Virus genome (UHGV): UHGV-0087471
DNA from: a virus
Length of the DNA: 22,215 bases
Direction: 5' to 3' (one strand)
Shown here piece after piece: positions 1 through 9,036 of the stretch (position 1 is its first letter; every line of letters begins with the position of its first letter). The notes beneath the pieces were generated by a model. The model was not told the origin of the DNA. It worked only from the letters and a program-made list of their open reading frames with translations, and made no database searches. A program made the translations under genes and the position numbers.

Positions 1-49
1 CCTGCATAGCAATGCGCCGTAATACCTTACACCACGGCGCTGGTGATGG

Positions 50-229
50 TTACTCCTGCTCTTTGGCTTTGCGGCGCTGGCGGCGTTTGATCTCGCCTTT
101 TGCGGCAGTAACTAAAAAACCAGCGGTACTTTCGCCAGGTTCTTTAAGTTGCTCAATATCATCCATTACTTCATGTGGGATTCTGACAGTTGTCATTTGT
201 GATTTTGCGTTCTTTGCACCAGTTGCCAT
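50..229 (-). CDS. Small ribbon-helix-helix-like DNA-binding regulator (59 aa)
   Basis: Minus-strand ATG at 229..227 preceded by AGGAG; translation MATGAKNAKSQMTTVRIPHEVMDDIEQLKEPGESTAGFLVTAAKGEIKRRQRRKAKEQE has a beta-strand/helix/helix pattern and basic tail; divergent from the + strand genes. Start chosen by RBS, not the longest ORF (50..397). Confidence 0.4.
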   Translation of the reverse strand: MATGAKNAKSQMTTVRIPHEVMDDIEQLKEPGESTAGFLVTAAKGEIKRRQRRKAKEQE

Positions 230-618
230 TTCTGGATCTCCTAAAAATTGGTGTATGTCAGTATACGCAAAAAAAATGATAAAAAAAGGCTTGAAGTGTA
301 TTTCACCAGTGAGTAAATTAAAAAGCAAAGGTGAAATACACCTGAAAGAGCAACGCCCCGCAGTGCTCGCAACACATGCAGGGCGTCTAACCACCAACGA
401 TAGAAAGAGTATCGAGGTAGCTATGAGAAATCATACCACACACCCGCAAGGGCGGGACTCGCACAACCTGAATAAATATATCTGGCGTTTTATCGCCCTG
501 AGCACGGCACAACCGCGCGTGATTACCATTGAGGCCACCAGCGAACAGGAAGCACGCCAGCAATCCCCGGCTGGCTGCGTGATGGTATTCGCCGCCCGTA
601 TTCGTCAGGGGGTGAGTC

Positions 619-846
619 ATGCATAAAATACCCTTTGATGTTCTTGTTCATTCTGAAAACGCATTAATCCGCGCAAAGGAAATGGACGCATTACTACTTA
701 AGTTAATTGATGTGCCGGAAAGTGGCGAAGATCATTCATCATTAATGTTTGCCGCTGTTCAGACATTATTGACACCTGTTATTGATGAACTCAATAAGGC
801 TATGGCAATTCACGAGAATAATAAAGCGCCCCACACCGGAGAATAA
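619..846 (+). CDS. Hypothetical protein (75 aa), satellite early region
   Basis: ORF with GGGGTGAG RBS upstream of ATG 619; tightly followed by next gene. No recognisable motif. Confidence 0.45.
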   Translation: MHKIPFDVLVHSENALIRAKEMDALLLKLIDVPESGEDHSSLMFAAVQTLLTPVIDELNKAMAIHENNKAPHTGE

Positions 847-851
847 AAATA

Positions 852-1151
852 ATGAAACTTAAATATTCTGGCTTAACTGCCAGTGGCAAAACTCGCACTA
901 AATTCATGCGCGGTGATATTTACCGCGACCAGTACGGCGGCACGGTAATGATTAAGGGCGTGGAGGAACGGCGCGTAACCTACCGTCGTGAAGGCTACGA
1001 ATATGATTGCGTGATGCCTGTTTATCAGTTCGATCGTGATTTTTCTCTGGTGCAGGCCGTACCGCGTAACGTGCCCACCAGCAGGGAGAAAGCACGCGCC
1101 AATATTCAGGAAATAAAAAAGATGCTTAACGTATTCAGGGGTAAAAAATGA
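852..1151 (+). CDS. Hypothetical protein (99 aa)
   Basis: ORF with GGAG upstream; stop overlaps primase start (ATGA at 1148..1151), suggesting translational coupling. Confidence 0.45.
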   Translation: MKLKYSGLTASGKTRTKFMRGDIYRDQYGGTVMIKGVEERRVTYRREGYEYDCVMPVYQFDRDFSLVQAVPRNVPTSREKARANIQEIKKMLNVFRGKK

Positions 1152-2896
1152 AACTGGCACCGAACGTAAAAAAACAGCCACGCGGAATAAAACACAAAGA
1201 CACAGAGGTAATTATTTTCGCGGGTAGTGATGCCTGGTCGCACGCGAAACAATGGCAGGAGCAGGATGGCCCCGCATCCGGCGATAATGTGCCGCCTGTG
1301 TGGCTTGGGCCAAATCAGCTTGCCGAACTTGATGCACTGAAAATTGTTCCGGATGGAAAAAAACGCGTAAGGCTGTACCAGGCCGGAGAACTGGATTTGG
1401 TGGAGACCAAAAAGATTGGTCAGAAGCTGGCGGCGGCAGATATTCAGGACGCAAATTTTTACCCCGAAGGAATGCACGTCCAGAAGTGTGAAAACTGGCG
1501 GCGCTATCTGAATGCTGAGCGTGAAAATATTGCCGCAGGGCTTACCATGCCGGAGCAGAAAAATACGCAACTGGCACAAATGGCAGACAGTGAGCGCGCA
1601 CAGATGCTTGCTGGTCGATTTGATGGCGTTTGTGTGCATCCGGAAAGTGAAATCGTTCACGTATGGCGCGGCGGGGTATGGTGTCCGGTCAGCACAATGG
1701 AACTTAGCCGCGAAATGGTGGCGATCTATTCAGAGCACAGGGCCACTTTCAGCAAGCGCGTAATCAATAACGCCGTGGAAGCGTTAAAAGTTATTGCCGA
1801 ACCAATGGGCGAGCCGTCCGGTGATTTGCTGCCGTTTGCCAATGGTGCGCTTGACCTGAGAACAGGGGAATTTTCCTCTCACCAGCCGGATAACTGGATC
1901 ACCACACACAACGGCATTGAGTACACGCCGCCAGTACCAGGTGAGAATATCCGCGACAACGCGCCAAACTTTCATAAATGGCTTGATCACGCTGCCGGAA
2001 AAGACCCGGGCAAGATGATGCGCATATGTGCCGCGCTATACATGATTATGGCGAACCGGTACGACTGGCAGATGTTTATTGAGGCCACCGGAGACGGCGG
2101 GAGCGGCAAGAGCACTTTCACGCACATAGCCAGCCTTCTGGCAGGGAAACAGAACACCGTAAGCGCTGAGATGACATCACTCGATGATGCTGGTGGGCGT
2201 GCGCAGGTTGTCGGAAGTCGGCTTATTGTCCTGGCAGACCAGCCGAAATATACAGGCGAAGGCACGGGCATCAAGAAAATCACGGGCGGCGACCCTGTGG
2301 AGATTAACCCGAAATATGAAAAGCGATTCACGACCATAATCAGGGCTGTGGTACTGGCGACCAACAACAACCCGATGATATTCACGGAACGGGCCGGAGG
2401 CGTGTCACGTCGTCGCGTGATTTTCCAGTTCGACAACATTGTAAGGGAGGACGAAAAAGACAAGGATTTGCCGGAGAAGGTCGCGGCTGAAATCCCCGTA
2501 ATTATACGCCGCTTGCTGGCTAATTTTGCCGACCCTGAAAAGGCACGGGCTTTACTCCTGGAACAGCGCGACGGTGATGAAGCACTGGCGATAAAGCAAC
2601 AGACGGATCCGGTTATTGAGTTTTGCCAGTTCCTGAATTTTCTGGAGGAAGCACGCGGCCTGATGATGGGTGGCGGTGGCGATTCCGTGAAGTACACGAC
2701 CAGAAACAGCCTTTACCGCGTCTATCTGGCGTTTATGGCATACGCAGGAAGAAGCAAGCCGCTAAACGTGGCTGAGTTCAGCAAGGCCATGAAGCCAGCG
2801 GCAAAAGTTTACGGACATGAATATATTACGCGGAAAGTTAAGGGAGTAACGCAGACCAACGCAATTACAACGGATGATTGTGACGCGTTTTTATAA
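1148..2896 (+). CDS. Phage/plasmid primase-helicase (P4 alpha-like / D5-type NTPase), satellite replication initiator
   Basis: 582-aa ORF with Walker A P-loop (ATGDGGSGKSTFT) in the middle of the protein followed by a helicase-like region; size and position immediately upstream of an iteron array are typical of PICI/P4 pri-rep proteins. Confidence 0.8.
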   Translation: MKLAPNVKKQPRGIKHKDTEVIIFAGSDAWSHAKQWQEQDGPASGDNVPPVWLGPNQLAELDALKIVPDGKKRVRLYQAGELDLVETKKIGQKLAAADIQDANFYPEGMHVQKCENWRRYLNAERENIAAGLTMPEQKNTQLAQMADSERAQMLAGRFDGVCVHPESEIVHVWRGGVWCPVSTMELSREMVAIYSEHRATFSKRVINNAVEALKVIAEPMGEPSGDLLPFANGALDLRTGEFSSHQPDNWITTHNGIEYTPPVPGENIRDNAPNFHKWLDHAAGKDPGKMMRICAALYMIMANRYDWQMFIEATGDGGSGKSTFTHIASLLAGKQNTVSAEMTSLDDAGGRAQVVGSRLIVLADQPKYTGEGTGIKKITGGDPVEINPKYEKRFTTIIRAVVLATNNNPMIFTERAGGVSRRRVIFQFDNIVREDEKDKDLPEKVAAEIPVIIRRLLANFADPEKARALLLEQRDGDEALAIKQQTDPVIEFCQFLNFLEEARGLMMGGGGDSVKYTTRNSLYRVYLAFMAYAGRSKPLNVAEFSKAMKPAAKVYGHEYITRKVKGVTQTNAITTDDCDAFL

Positions 2897-2909
2897 TTTT
2901 TTGTAAAAG

Positions 2910-3142
2910 CCCTCTACCCCATCTACCTGAATGAAATAAACGCATATTATTCAACATGATAAGTGGGTAGAGGGATAGGTAGAAGGCTAATAAAACCCCT
3001 CTACCTCCTCTACCATGATTAAGGTCGTTTGTGAGGGGCGGGTAGAGGATGGGTAGAGGGCCACGAAAAGCCCTCTACCCATCTGAAAGCCGCGCCATTA
3101 CTGACCTGAAAGATGATTAGGTAGAAGAGGTAGAGGAGGTGC
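2910..3142. repeat. Iteron array, putative replication origin of the satellite
   Basis: At least 8 copies of GGGTAGAGG / CCTCTACC(C) in both orientations within about 230 bp of non-coding DNA directly downstream of the primase gene (e.g. 2910-2928, 2965-2986, 2996-3014, 3035-3060, 3071-3083, 3117-3142). Confidence 0.55.
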
Positions 3143-3183
3143 ACCACAACCTAAAACTTTTTAAACGAGGGGGGTAAAAATAA

Positions 3184-3498
3184 ATGTGCATACATCAAAA
3201 TCACTTAACAAACATGCCGACCGAAAACATGAATCAGGGGCGACAAATGACCAAAATGCGCAGAGACAGAACAGAACCGAAATATCGCGCGTTAGACATG
3301 ACAGAGCACGCTTTAAAGGTGGCAATCAGAACGATAGACCGCCACGCGGGGGAAGGATACGCGAAAGCACATCCCGAACTGATAAGCGCATTCATGACCA
3401 CGGCGGCGGCAAACTTTGCCACGCTGACAGAACGGGAGATTGCCGAAGCGGAACAGGTAACAACCATCAACGTTAAAACCGGAGAGGTGGAATTATGA
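3184..3498 (+). CDS. Hypothetical protein (104 aa)
   Basis: ORF with GAGGGGGG RBS about 10 nt upstream of ATG 3184; overlaps start of SSB gene. Start uncertain (internal Met codons possible). Confidence 0.4.
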   Translation: MCIHQNHLTNMPTENMNQGRQMTKMRRDRTEPKYRALDMTEHALKVAIRTIDRHAGEGYAKAHPELISAFMTTAAANFATLTEREIAEAEQVTTINVKTGEVEL

Positions 3499-3920
3499 CG
3501 GCACAGATAGCCGCTTACGGGCGGCTGGTGGACGACCCGCAGGTAAAACAGACCAGCAAGGGCACACCGATGACGCTGGCGCGTATGGCGGTATCTTTGC
3601 CATGCAGCCAGGCACAGGACGGACAGGCGACGTTATGGTTATCGGTCATCGCATTTGGCAAACAGGCCGACTTCCTGGCTAAACATCAAAAAGGCGATGT
3701 TGCCAGCGTATCCGGCACGATGCAGGTAAGCCAGTGGACCGGACAGAACGGAGAAACGCGGCAGGGCTGGCAGGTTATCGCAGACAGCGTGATCAGTGCG
3801 CGAACAGCGCGACCGGGCGGCAAAAAAGGCCAGCAGGGGCAGGCCACTGACGCACTGAACAGGGCAAAACAGCAGACGGGTCAGCACGATGATCCGTACG
3901 GGGACAACATACCGTTTTAG
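3495..3920 (+). CDS. ssb: Single-stranded DNA-binding protein (SSB-like, 141 aa)
   Basis: OB-fold-like N-terminal region, Gly/Gln-rich linker and acidic C-terminal tip ending DDPYGDNIPF, which resembles the conserved SSB C-terminal D-I-P-F tail. Confidence 0.7.
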   Translation: MTAQIAAYGRLVDDPQVKQTSKGTPMTLARMAVSLPCSQAQDGQATLWLSVIAFGKQADFLAKHQKGDVASVSGTMQVSQWTGQNGETRQGWQVIADSVISARTARPGGKKGQQGQATDALNRAKQQTGQHDDPYGDNIPF

Positions 3921-4185
3921 CGACAACAGAGGGGACATTCCAGTGACATTTGAAGAAGTCCAGCAACATAAAAAGTTTCATGATTTTGATGATCTGGAAA
4001 CCATGACAGCAAAAAAATATCGCCGTCTGCTTTCTTCCGATGCGTTGTTTGTTGTGGATCATCATGATTTTCTGCGTAGCTCACTGACCGGGGAAATTTT
4101 CGCAACCAACCGTGAGCAGGTGGAAGCGATGATCGAATATCTGTGGAAAATAAGGCGCAGAATGCGAGATCCCGTGAAACGGTAA
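3889..4185 (+). CDS. Hypothetical protein (start uncertain; alternative GTG at 3943)
   Basis: ORF overlapping SSB 3' end; followed by a stem-loop terminator. No recognisable motif. Confidence 0.35.
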   Translation: MIRTGTTYRFSDNRGDIPVTFEEVQQHKKFHDFDDLETMTAKKYRRLLSSDALFVVDHHDFLRSSLTGEIFATNREQVEAMIEYLWKIRRRMRDPVKR

Positions 4186-4194
4186 AATAATAAA

Positions 4195-4221
4195 GGCCTG
4201 GTAAAATCCAGGCCATTTTTT
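4195..4221. terminator. Bidirectional intrinsic terminator between convergent genes
   Basis: GGCCTGG-TAAAAT-CCAGGCC hairpin followed by ATTTTTT; sits between + strand gene ending 4185 and - strand gene ending 4220. Confidence 0.5.
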
Positions 4222-4726
4222 ACAGTAAGCCTATTAGGGCACTTGCGCCAGCCCCAACAATGCTGGCAACGGTACTGTTTTCCAGTAACTGCTTTAATAC
4301 TGATTTGGCTTGTACATCCCCCGATTTAGCGACTTTTTCAACCAGTTCAGTGATGCTGATGTTTACCAGCATATGGTTATGCTCACCTATCTGCACTTGA
4401 TCACCACTAATTGAACCAATGTTAAATGTATTACTTTTAGTTGGCGTCATATGTTCATTTCCCGTGATATTTTCAATATAGAGAGTCAACATATTTGGAT
4501 GATTGGTTCCCTGTCTGCGGGTTCCATTGGGAAGCAACTTCATATCTATAATTTTTAGATTTATCTCGTTTTTACCGACACGCTGGATAATGTGTTGACC
4601 AATAGTTACTTCCGGTTCATTTGTATATGGAATTAATACCTTGTTTTCTTTTGCGTTTCTTTTACCTCTGAATGATTCGCCATTAATTATGAAAGTATCA
4701 GGGTATACCATTGCGCTTAAATTCAT
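4220..4726 (-). CDS. Hypothetical cargo protein (168 aa) with hydrophobic C-terminus; candidate accessory/anti-phage gene
   Basis: Only opposite-strand gene inside the satellite; AT-rich by eye relative to flanking satellite genes; C-terminus VASIVGAGASALIGLL looks like a membrane anchor; located between replication and packaging modules. Confidence 0.55.
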   Translation of the reverse strand: MNLSAMVYPDTFIINGESFRGKRNAKENKVLIPYTNEPEVTIGQHIIQRVGKNEINLKIIDMKLLPNGTRRQGTNHPNMLTLYIENITGNEHMTPTKSNTFNIGSISGDQVQIGEHNHMLVNISITELVEKVAKSGDVQAKSVLKQLLENSTVASIVGAGASALIGLL

Positions 4727-5012
4727 GATGCGTCCTTTGTTGTAGTCAGAGACAGCAATAATAGGCCATGGTTTACTTCTTTTGTAAATTATTTGTTCGT
4801 GTTCTTTCGTGGTTGTTCGGTCTGACTGACAGGTGTTTACATACTGATTTTTATGTATATGTTGTAGCGTGGCACTCAGACGTGAGCCGCCACAATGCCG
4901 CCTGACCCCCTGCGCGATGCCGGGTTGATCTGCGAGATGCCGAGAGTGTCGGGCGGCGCTCCCCCCGTGTTGGTTTCACGTCCTGAATCTTAACCAATAC
5001 GAGAAAACCTTC

Positions 5013-6182
5013 ATGAAGAAATTAATCGAACTCCGCCAGCAAAAAAACGCCCTGAAAAACCAGATGCGATCCCTGCTGGAAAAAGCCGACAGTGAAAACC
5101 GTAGTCTGAACGCTGAAGAAGGCAAACAGTTTGATGAACTGCGTGCAAAAGCTGATGCCCTCGACACAGAAATTTCCCGCCTCGAGTCTGTGGCTGATGA
5201 AGAACGCAGCAAGCCAGGAACGGGCATCCAGAAATTATCATCTGATGAATTGCGTAACTACATCGTAACCGGAGATGTGCGATCACTGTCCACCAGCACT
5301 GACAGCGGCAGGGATGGCGGATATACCGTAATTCCTGAGCTTGATCGCGAAGTCATGCGCCAGCTACAGGATGACAGTGTTATGCGCGTGATCGCGACCG
5401 TGAAGACCGCAAAATCAAATGAGTTTCAGAAACTGGTTTCCACTGGCGGCGCAACTGTAGGACGAGGCACAGAAGGCAGCGCACGCAGTGAAACCAACAC
5501 CCCGAAAATTGAACGCGTAACCATCAAGTTGAATCCGATCTACGCCTACCCGAAAACCACGCAGGAAATCCTGGATTTTTCAGAGGTGGATATTCTGGGC
5601 TGGTTATCCTCCGAAATTGCCGACACGTTCGCCAGCACCGAAGAGGATGATTTTGTTAATGGCGACGGTAACGGCAAGCCGAAAGGCTTCATGGCTTACA
5701 CCCGTGCGGCGACCAGTGACAAAACCCGCGCTTTTGGCACCATTGAAAAAATAGTAGCGGCAAGTGGAACCGCCATTACAGCGGACGAACTGATCGACAT
5801 TCTCTACAAGCTGAAAGCGAAATACCGCAAAAATGCCGTATGGGTGATGAACTCGGGCACGGCAGGGACACTACAGAAGCTGAAAAATGAGAACGGCGAT
5901 TATATCTGGCGCGACAGCCTTAAAGAAGGTGCGCCGGATATGTTGCTTGGTCGTCCTGTTTACTGCCTGGAGTCCATGCCGGACATCGGCGCAGGAAAAG
6001 CACCGCTAGCGGTTGGCGATTTCAGTCGTGGTTATTTCATCGTTGATCATGTAACAGGGATTCGCACCCGACCGGACAACATTACTGAACCCGGATTCTA
6101 CAAGGTCCACACGGATAAATATCTGGGCGGTGGTGTGGTGGATTCAAACGCCATCAAAATTCTGGAAATGAAAGCTGGCTAG
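5013..6182 (+). CDS. Major capsid protein, HK97-like fold (389 aa)
   Basis: N-terminal coiled-coil delta/scaffold-like domain followed by a capsid-type region (GNGKPKG, LLGRPV..ES motifs); size typical of HK97-family capsid proteins. Confidence 0.85.
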   Translation: MKKLIELRQQKNALKNQMRSLLEKADSENRSLNAEEGKQFDELRAKADALDTEISRLESVADEERSKPGTGIQKLSSDELRNYIVTGDVRSLSTSTDSGRDGGYTVIPELDREVMRQLQDDSVMRVIATVKTAKSNEFQKLVSTGGATVGRGTEGSARSETNTPKIERVTIKLNPIYAYPKTTQEILDFSEVDILGWLSSEIADTFASTEEDDFVNGDGNGKPKGFMAYTRAATSDKTRAFGTIEKIVAASGTAITADELIDILYKLKAKYRKNAVWVMNSGTAGTLQKLKNENGDYIWRDSLKEGAPDMLLGRPVYCLESMPDIGAGKAPLAVGDFSRGYFIVDHVTGIRTRPDNITEPGFYKVHTDKYLGGGVVDSNAIKILEMKAG

Positions 6183-6192
6183 TCATGAGTAA

Positions 6193-6216
6193 GGAGGAGG
6201 CTGCGGCCTCCTTTTT
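6193..6216 (+). terminator. Intrinsic terminator/attenuator downstream of capsid gene
   Basis: GGAGGC-TGCG-GCCTCC hairpin followed by TTTTT immediately after the capsid stop codon. Confidence 0.45.
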
Positions 6217-6236
6217 CAGCTTTATGGAGTACACCG

Positions 6237-6797
6237 ATGAAAAACACCGATTTTGAAATCCGCACATCTGAACTGACCGCCAGCAATAAAAAGCTGGTGG
6301 GGTATGCCGTTCGCTGGAACAGCCTTTCAGAAATTATCTGGGACGAATTCCGCGAACAGTTCACGCCGGGGGCTTTTGCTGACTATCTGGCGACGGGTAA
6401 TGATGTGCGCTGCCTGTATGAGCATGACTATACCCAACTGCTGGGGCGCACCAAATCCGGCACTCTGGTACTGACTGAGGATAACACCGGGTTACGTTTT
6501 GAACTGACACCGCCGGATACCCAGCTTGGAAAAGATGTGCTTACGCTGGTGGAGCGTGGCGACATTACAGGAATGAGCTTTGGTTTTCGCGCATTATGCG
6601 AGGAGTGGAGTATCGCGCAAAAACCGTATCTGCGTACCGTAACCGCCGCTGAACTCCGTGAAATCACAATAACGTCGATGCCTGCTTATCCAGAATCTGG
6701 CGTGGAGATTGCCCACCGTTCGTTGTTTGCACAGCACCCTGAATTACGTCCGACAGGAAATAATCTTCATCGCTGGTCTGAGCTGGCGGGGTTGTGA
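6237..6797 (+). CDS. Prohead maturation protease, HK97 family (186 aa)
   Basis: Conserved His (LYEHD) and Ser (ITGMSFGF) motifs with spacing typical of HK97 gp4-type proteases; GGAG RBS. Confidence 0.85.
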   Translation: MKNTDFEIRTSELTASNKKLVGYAVRWNSLSEIIWDEFREQFTPGAFADYLATGNDVRCLYEHDYTQLLGRTKSGTLVLTEDNTGLRFELTPPDTQLGKDVLTLVERGDITGMSFGFRALCEEWSIAQKPYLRTVTAAELREITITSMPAYPESGVEIAHRSLFAQHPELRPTGNNLHRWSELAGL

Positions 6798-6798
6798 T

Positions 6799-8013
6799 AT
6801 GTGGTGGCCTTTTAGTCGTAAAAAAAGCGAGCAGCGTAACCTGTCCATTGATGATTTTCTGGCGCTGTCCGGCGTACCGAATACCGGATCCGGAGAATAT
6901 GTTTCTGCCGGGACGGCTGAATCATTGCCTGCAGTGATGAATGCGGTTTCTGTCATCGCTGAGGCGGTGGCCACGATGCCGTGTTATCTGTATCTGGTAC
7001 GTAATGACAAGGGCAGGGAGGCGCGGGAATGGCTGGACAGTCACCCGGTAGATATTCTGCTGAATGAGCAGCCTAATTCGTGCCAGACACCTTACCAGTT
7101 TAAACGCACAATGATGCGTCACTGCCTGCTGAACGGTAACGCCTATGCGGTTATTGAGTGGGGGCAGGACGGGCAGCCAAAATCACTTCATCCTTATGCG
7201 CCGGGGTGTGTTGTACCGGAACGCACAGGCGCACACAAATACCGCTATACCATCACCGAACCCTGTACAGGAACGGTGCGCACGTATTTACAGGAAGAAG
7301 TTCTGCATCTCCGCTATGCCTCGGATGATGGCTTTCTGGGGCGTTCCCCCGTCACGATTTGCCGTGAGGCGCTGGGGCTTGGCCTTGCTCAACAGCGTCA
7401 CGGAGCCAGCATTATGAAAGATGGCATGATGGCGGCAGGGATTATCACGTCAGGCGAATGGCTGGACGGCGTGAAAGGTAAACAGGCATTGGATGCTCTG
7501 GAACGCTACAAGGGGGCGAAAAATGCCGGAAAAACGCCAATCCTTGAAGGGGGCATGGATTACAGGCAACTGGGAATGAGTAACCAGGATGCGGAATGGC
7601 TGGCCTCCCGTCGCTTCTCCATTGAAGACATCGCCCGCATGTTCAACGTATCGCCTATTTTTCTGCAGGAATACAGCAACAGCACCTACAGCAATTTCAG
7701 CGAGGCAAGCCGCGCGTTTCTGACCATGACAATGCGCCCGTGGCTGGCGAACTTCGAACAGCAAATCAAGGCCGCTTTGCTGGTGGCTTCTCCCGTACCT
7801 GGTACCCGTTATCTGGTTGAGTTTGATTCAGCCGATTTATTACGCGCCACACCCACCGAACGTTATGCCACGTATGAGAAAGGGATTAAGAACGGGATCA
7901 TGAATCCGAACGAAGCCCGTGAGCGTGAGGGTATGCCGCCGCGTGAAGGTGGTGATGAGTTCAGCCAGGCATGGAAACAGACTGTGGAAATTAAAGGGAG
8001 AAAAGATGAGTGA
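6799..8013 (+). CDS. Portal protein, HK97 family (404 aa)
   Basis: Size and motifs typical of portal proteins; start set to ATG 6799 just after the protease stop rather than the longest ORF start at 6709. Confidence 0.8.
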   Translation: MWWPFSRKKSEQRNLSIDDFLALSGVPNTGSGEYVSAGTAESLPAVMNAVSVIAEAVATMPCYLYLVRNDKGREAREWLDSHPVDILLNEQPNSCQTPYQFKRTMMRHCLLNGNAYAVIEWGQDGQPKSLHPYAPGCVVPERTGAHKYRYTITEPCTGTVRTYLQEEVLHLRYASDDGFLGRSPVTICREALGLGLAQQRHGASIMKDGMMAAGIITSGEWLDGVKGKQALDALERYKGAKNAGKTPILEGGMDYRQLGMSNQDAEWLASRRFSIEDIARMFNVSPIFLQEYSNSTYSNFSEASRAFLTMTMRPWLANFEQQIKAALLVASPVPGTRYLVEFDSADLLRATPTERYATYEKGIKNGIMNPNEAREREGMPPREGGDEFSQAWKQTVEIKGRKDE

Positions 8014-8308
8014 AGCCAAAATTACACCTGATGAAGTCAGGGCACATCTTCGACTTGATGATGATTTATCCGGTGAAGGCGAACTTCTGAAAATGTATAC
8101 CGATGCGGCGCTGGAAGCCTGCCAGAAGCATATCGGGAAACGTTTTGAAGACGGGCTGGAATTTACCCCGGCAATGCGTGTTGGTTGCCTGATGTACATC
8201 GCTTTCCTGTACGAGAACCGGGAAGCGGTTTCACCAGTGGAGCACTCGGAACTGCCTATGGCTATTTCTGCGCTCTGGTCAGTTTATCGTGACGTAGGGG
8301 TGTACTGA
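8006..8308 (+). CDS. Head-tail connector / DNA-packaging protein, gp6-like (100 aa)
   Basis: N-terminal ITPDEVRAHLRLDDD...E..LLK.Y.DAA.EA pattern typical of gp6-like connectors; AAGGGAG RBS; start ATG 8006 overlaps portal stop. Confidence 0.6.
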   Translation: MSEAKITPDEVRAHLRLDDDLSGEGELLKMYTDAALEACQKHIGKRFEDGLEFTPAMRVGCLMYIAFLYENREAVSPVEHSELPMAISALWSVYRDVGVY

Positions 8309-8748
8309 TGCCGTGGCAACCATTAAGGCGATGCACTGAGCCTGGCTGTAATAAGCGCGTGAAGTCCGGCAAGTGTGAAGAGCACAGGCGGGCTGCATGG
8401 CGTGCAGAGGATGCCAGACGGGGACACCGCCGCGCGCGCGGGTATTCCCGACAGTGGGACAAATACCGCGCCCTGTACCTGAGCAAAAACCCGTTATGCG
8501 TGAGTTGTCTGGCTAAGGGGATTTATACGCCAGCTCTTGTGGTGGATCACATCATTCCCATCAATGGCGGCGGTGATGTTCTCTTCTGGCCTGAGTGGAA
8601 CCACCAGGCATTGTGCCAGACGTGCCACAACCGTAAGACGACACGGGAAGATCCCGCCACGAAAGCGAACCGTAAGGCGGGCATGTATCGCGATCAGGAA
8701 GAACGGGCGGCACACCGTAACGACTGGATGTATGGCGATGATGACTGA
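8308..8748 (+). CDS. HNH endonuclease (terminase-associated, 146 aa)
   Basis: Cys-rich N-terminus (CTEPGCN...C..H) and HNH core (VDHIIPINGGG...NHQALCQTCHNRKT); positioned directly upstream of terS as in HNH-dependent cos packaging systems. Confidence 0.85.
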   Translation: MPWQPLRRCTEPGCNKRVKSGKCEEHRRAAWRAEDARRGHRRARGYSRQWDKYRALYLSKNPLCVSCLAKGIYTPALVVDHIIPINGGGDVLFWPEWNHQALCQTCHNRKTTREDPATKANRKAGMYRDQEERAAHRNDWMYGDDD

Positions 8749-9036
8749 ACAGGAGCAAAACAGGCTGATACGTGGGTTGATAAGGCAGCGTGACACATGG
8801 AAGACACAGGAGACAGGGCACAAAGCCAACAGGACAGGGCGCACAAAACGCACCACAGCGAAGCGATTAACCGACCGTGACCGCGAGGTCATGGAATGTT
8901 TTCGCAATCGCTGGTGAGGCCGTCAGAGGGGGTGGGGGTGGTTTTCAGGACGAAACCGTCCCTGCCGGACACCGACCGCCTCCCCAAATTTTTATGCACG
9001 GGAATTTTTTGAAAAATAATCTGACGAAAAATAAGC

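Noticed and set aside
12-626. 204-aa + strand ORF spanning the left edge of the window
   Set aside because: Overlaps the better-supported minus-strand regulator gene (50..229, with AGGAG RBS) and the divergent promoter region. A shorter version (423..626) with a GAGGT RBS and ATGCATAA overlap with the next gene could be real, but is too weak to call.
1987-2697. 236-aa minus-strand ORF inside the primase gene
   Set aside because: Antisense shadow ORF within a well-supported coding region; Pro/Ser/Arg-rich low-complexity translation.
4558-4568. ATTTATCTCG, a partial match to the island terminal-repeat motif, inside the cargo gene
   Set aside because: Only a 9-10 nt match, within chance expectation for 22 kb on both strands.
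8741-8917. Small basic ORF (58 aa from ATG 8741) in the HNH-terS gap
   Set aside because: Lies in the region more likely to be the cos site; no RBS or motif support. Left unresolved rather than called.
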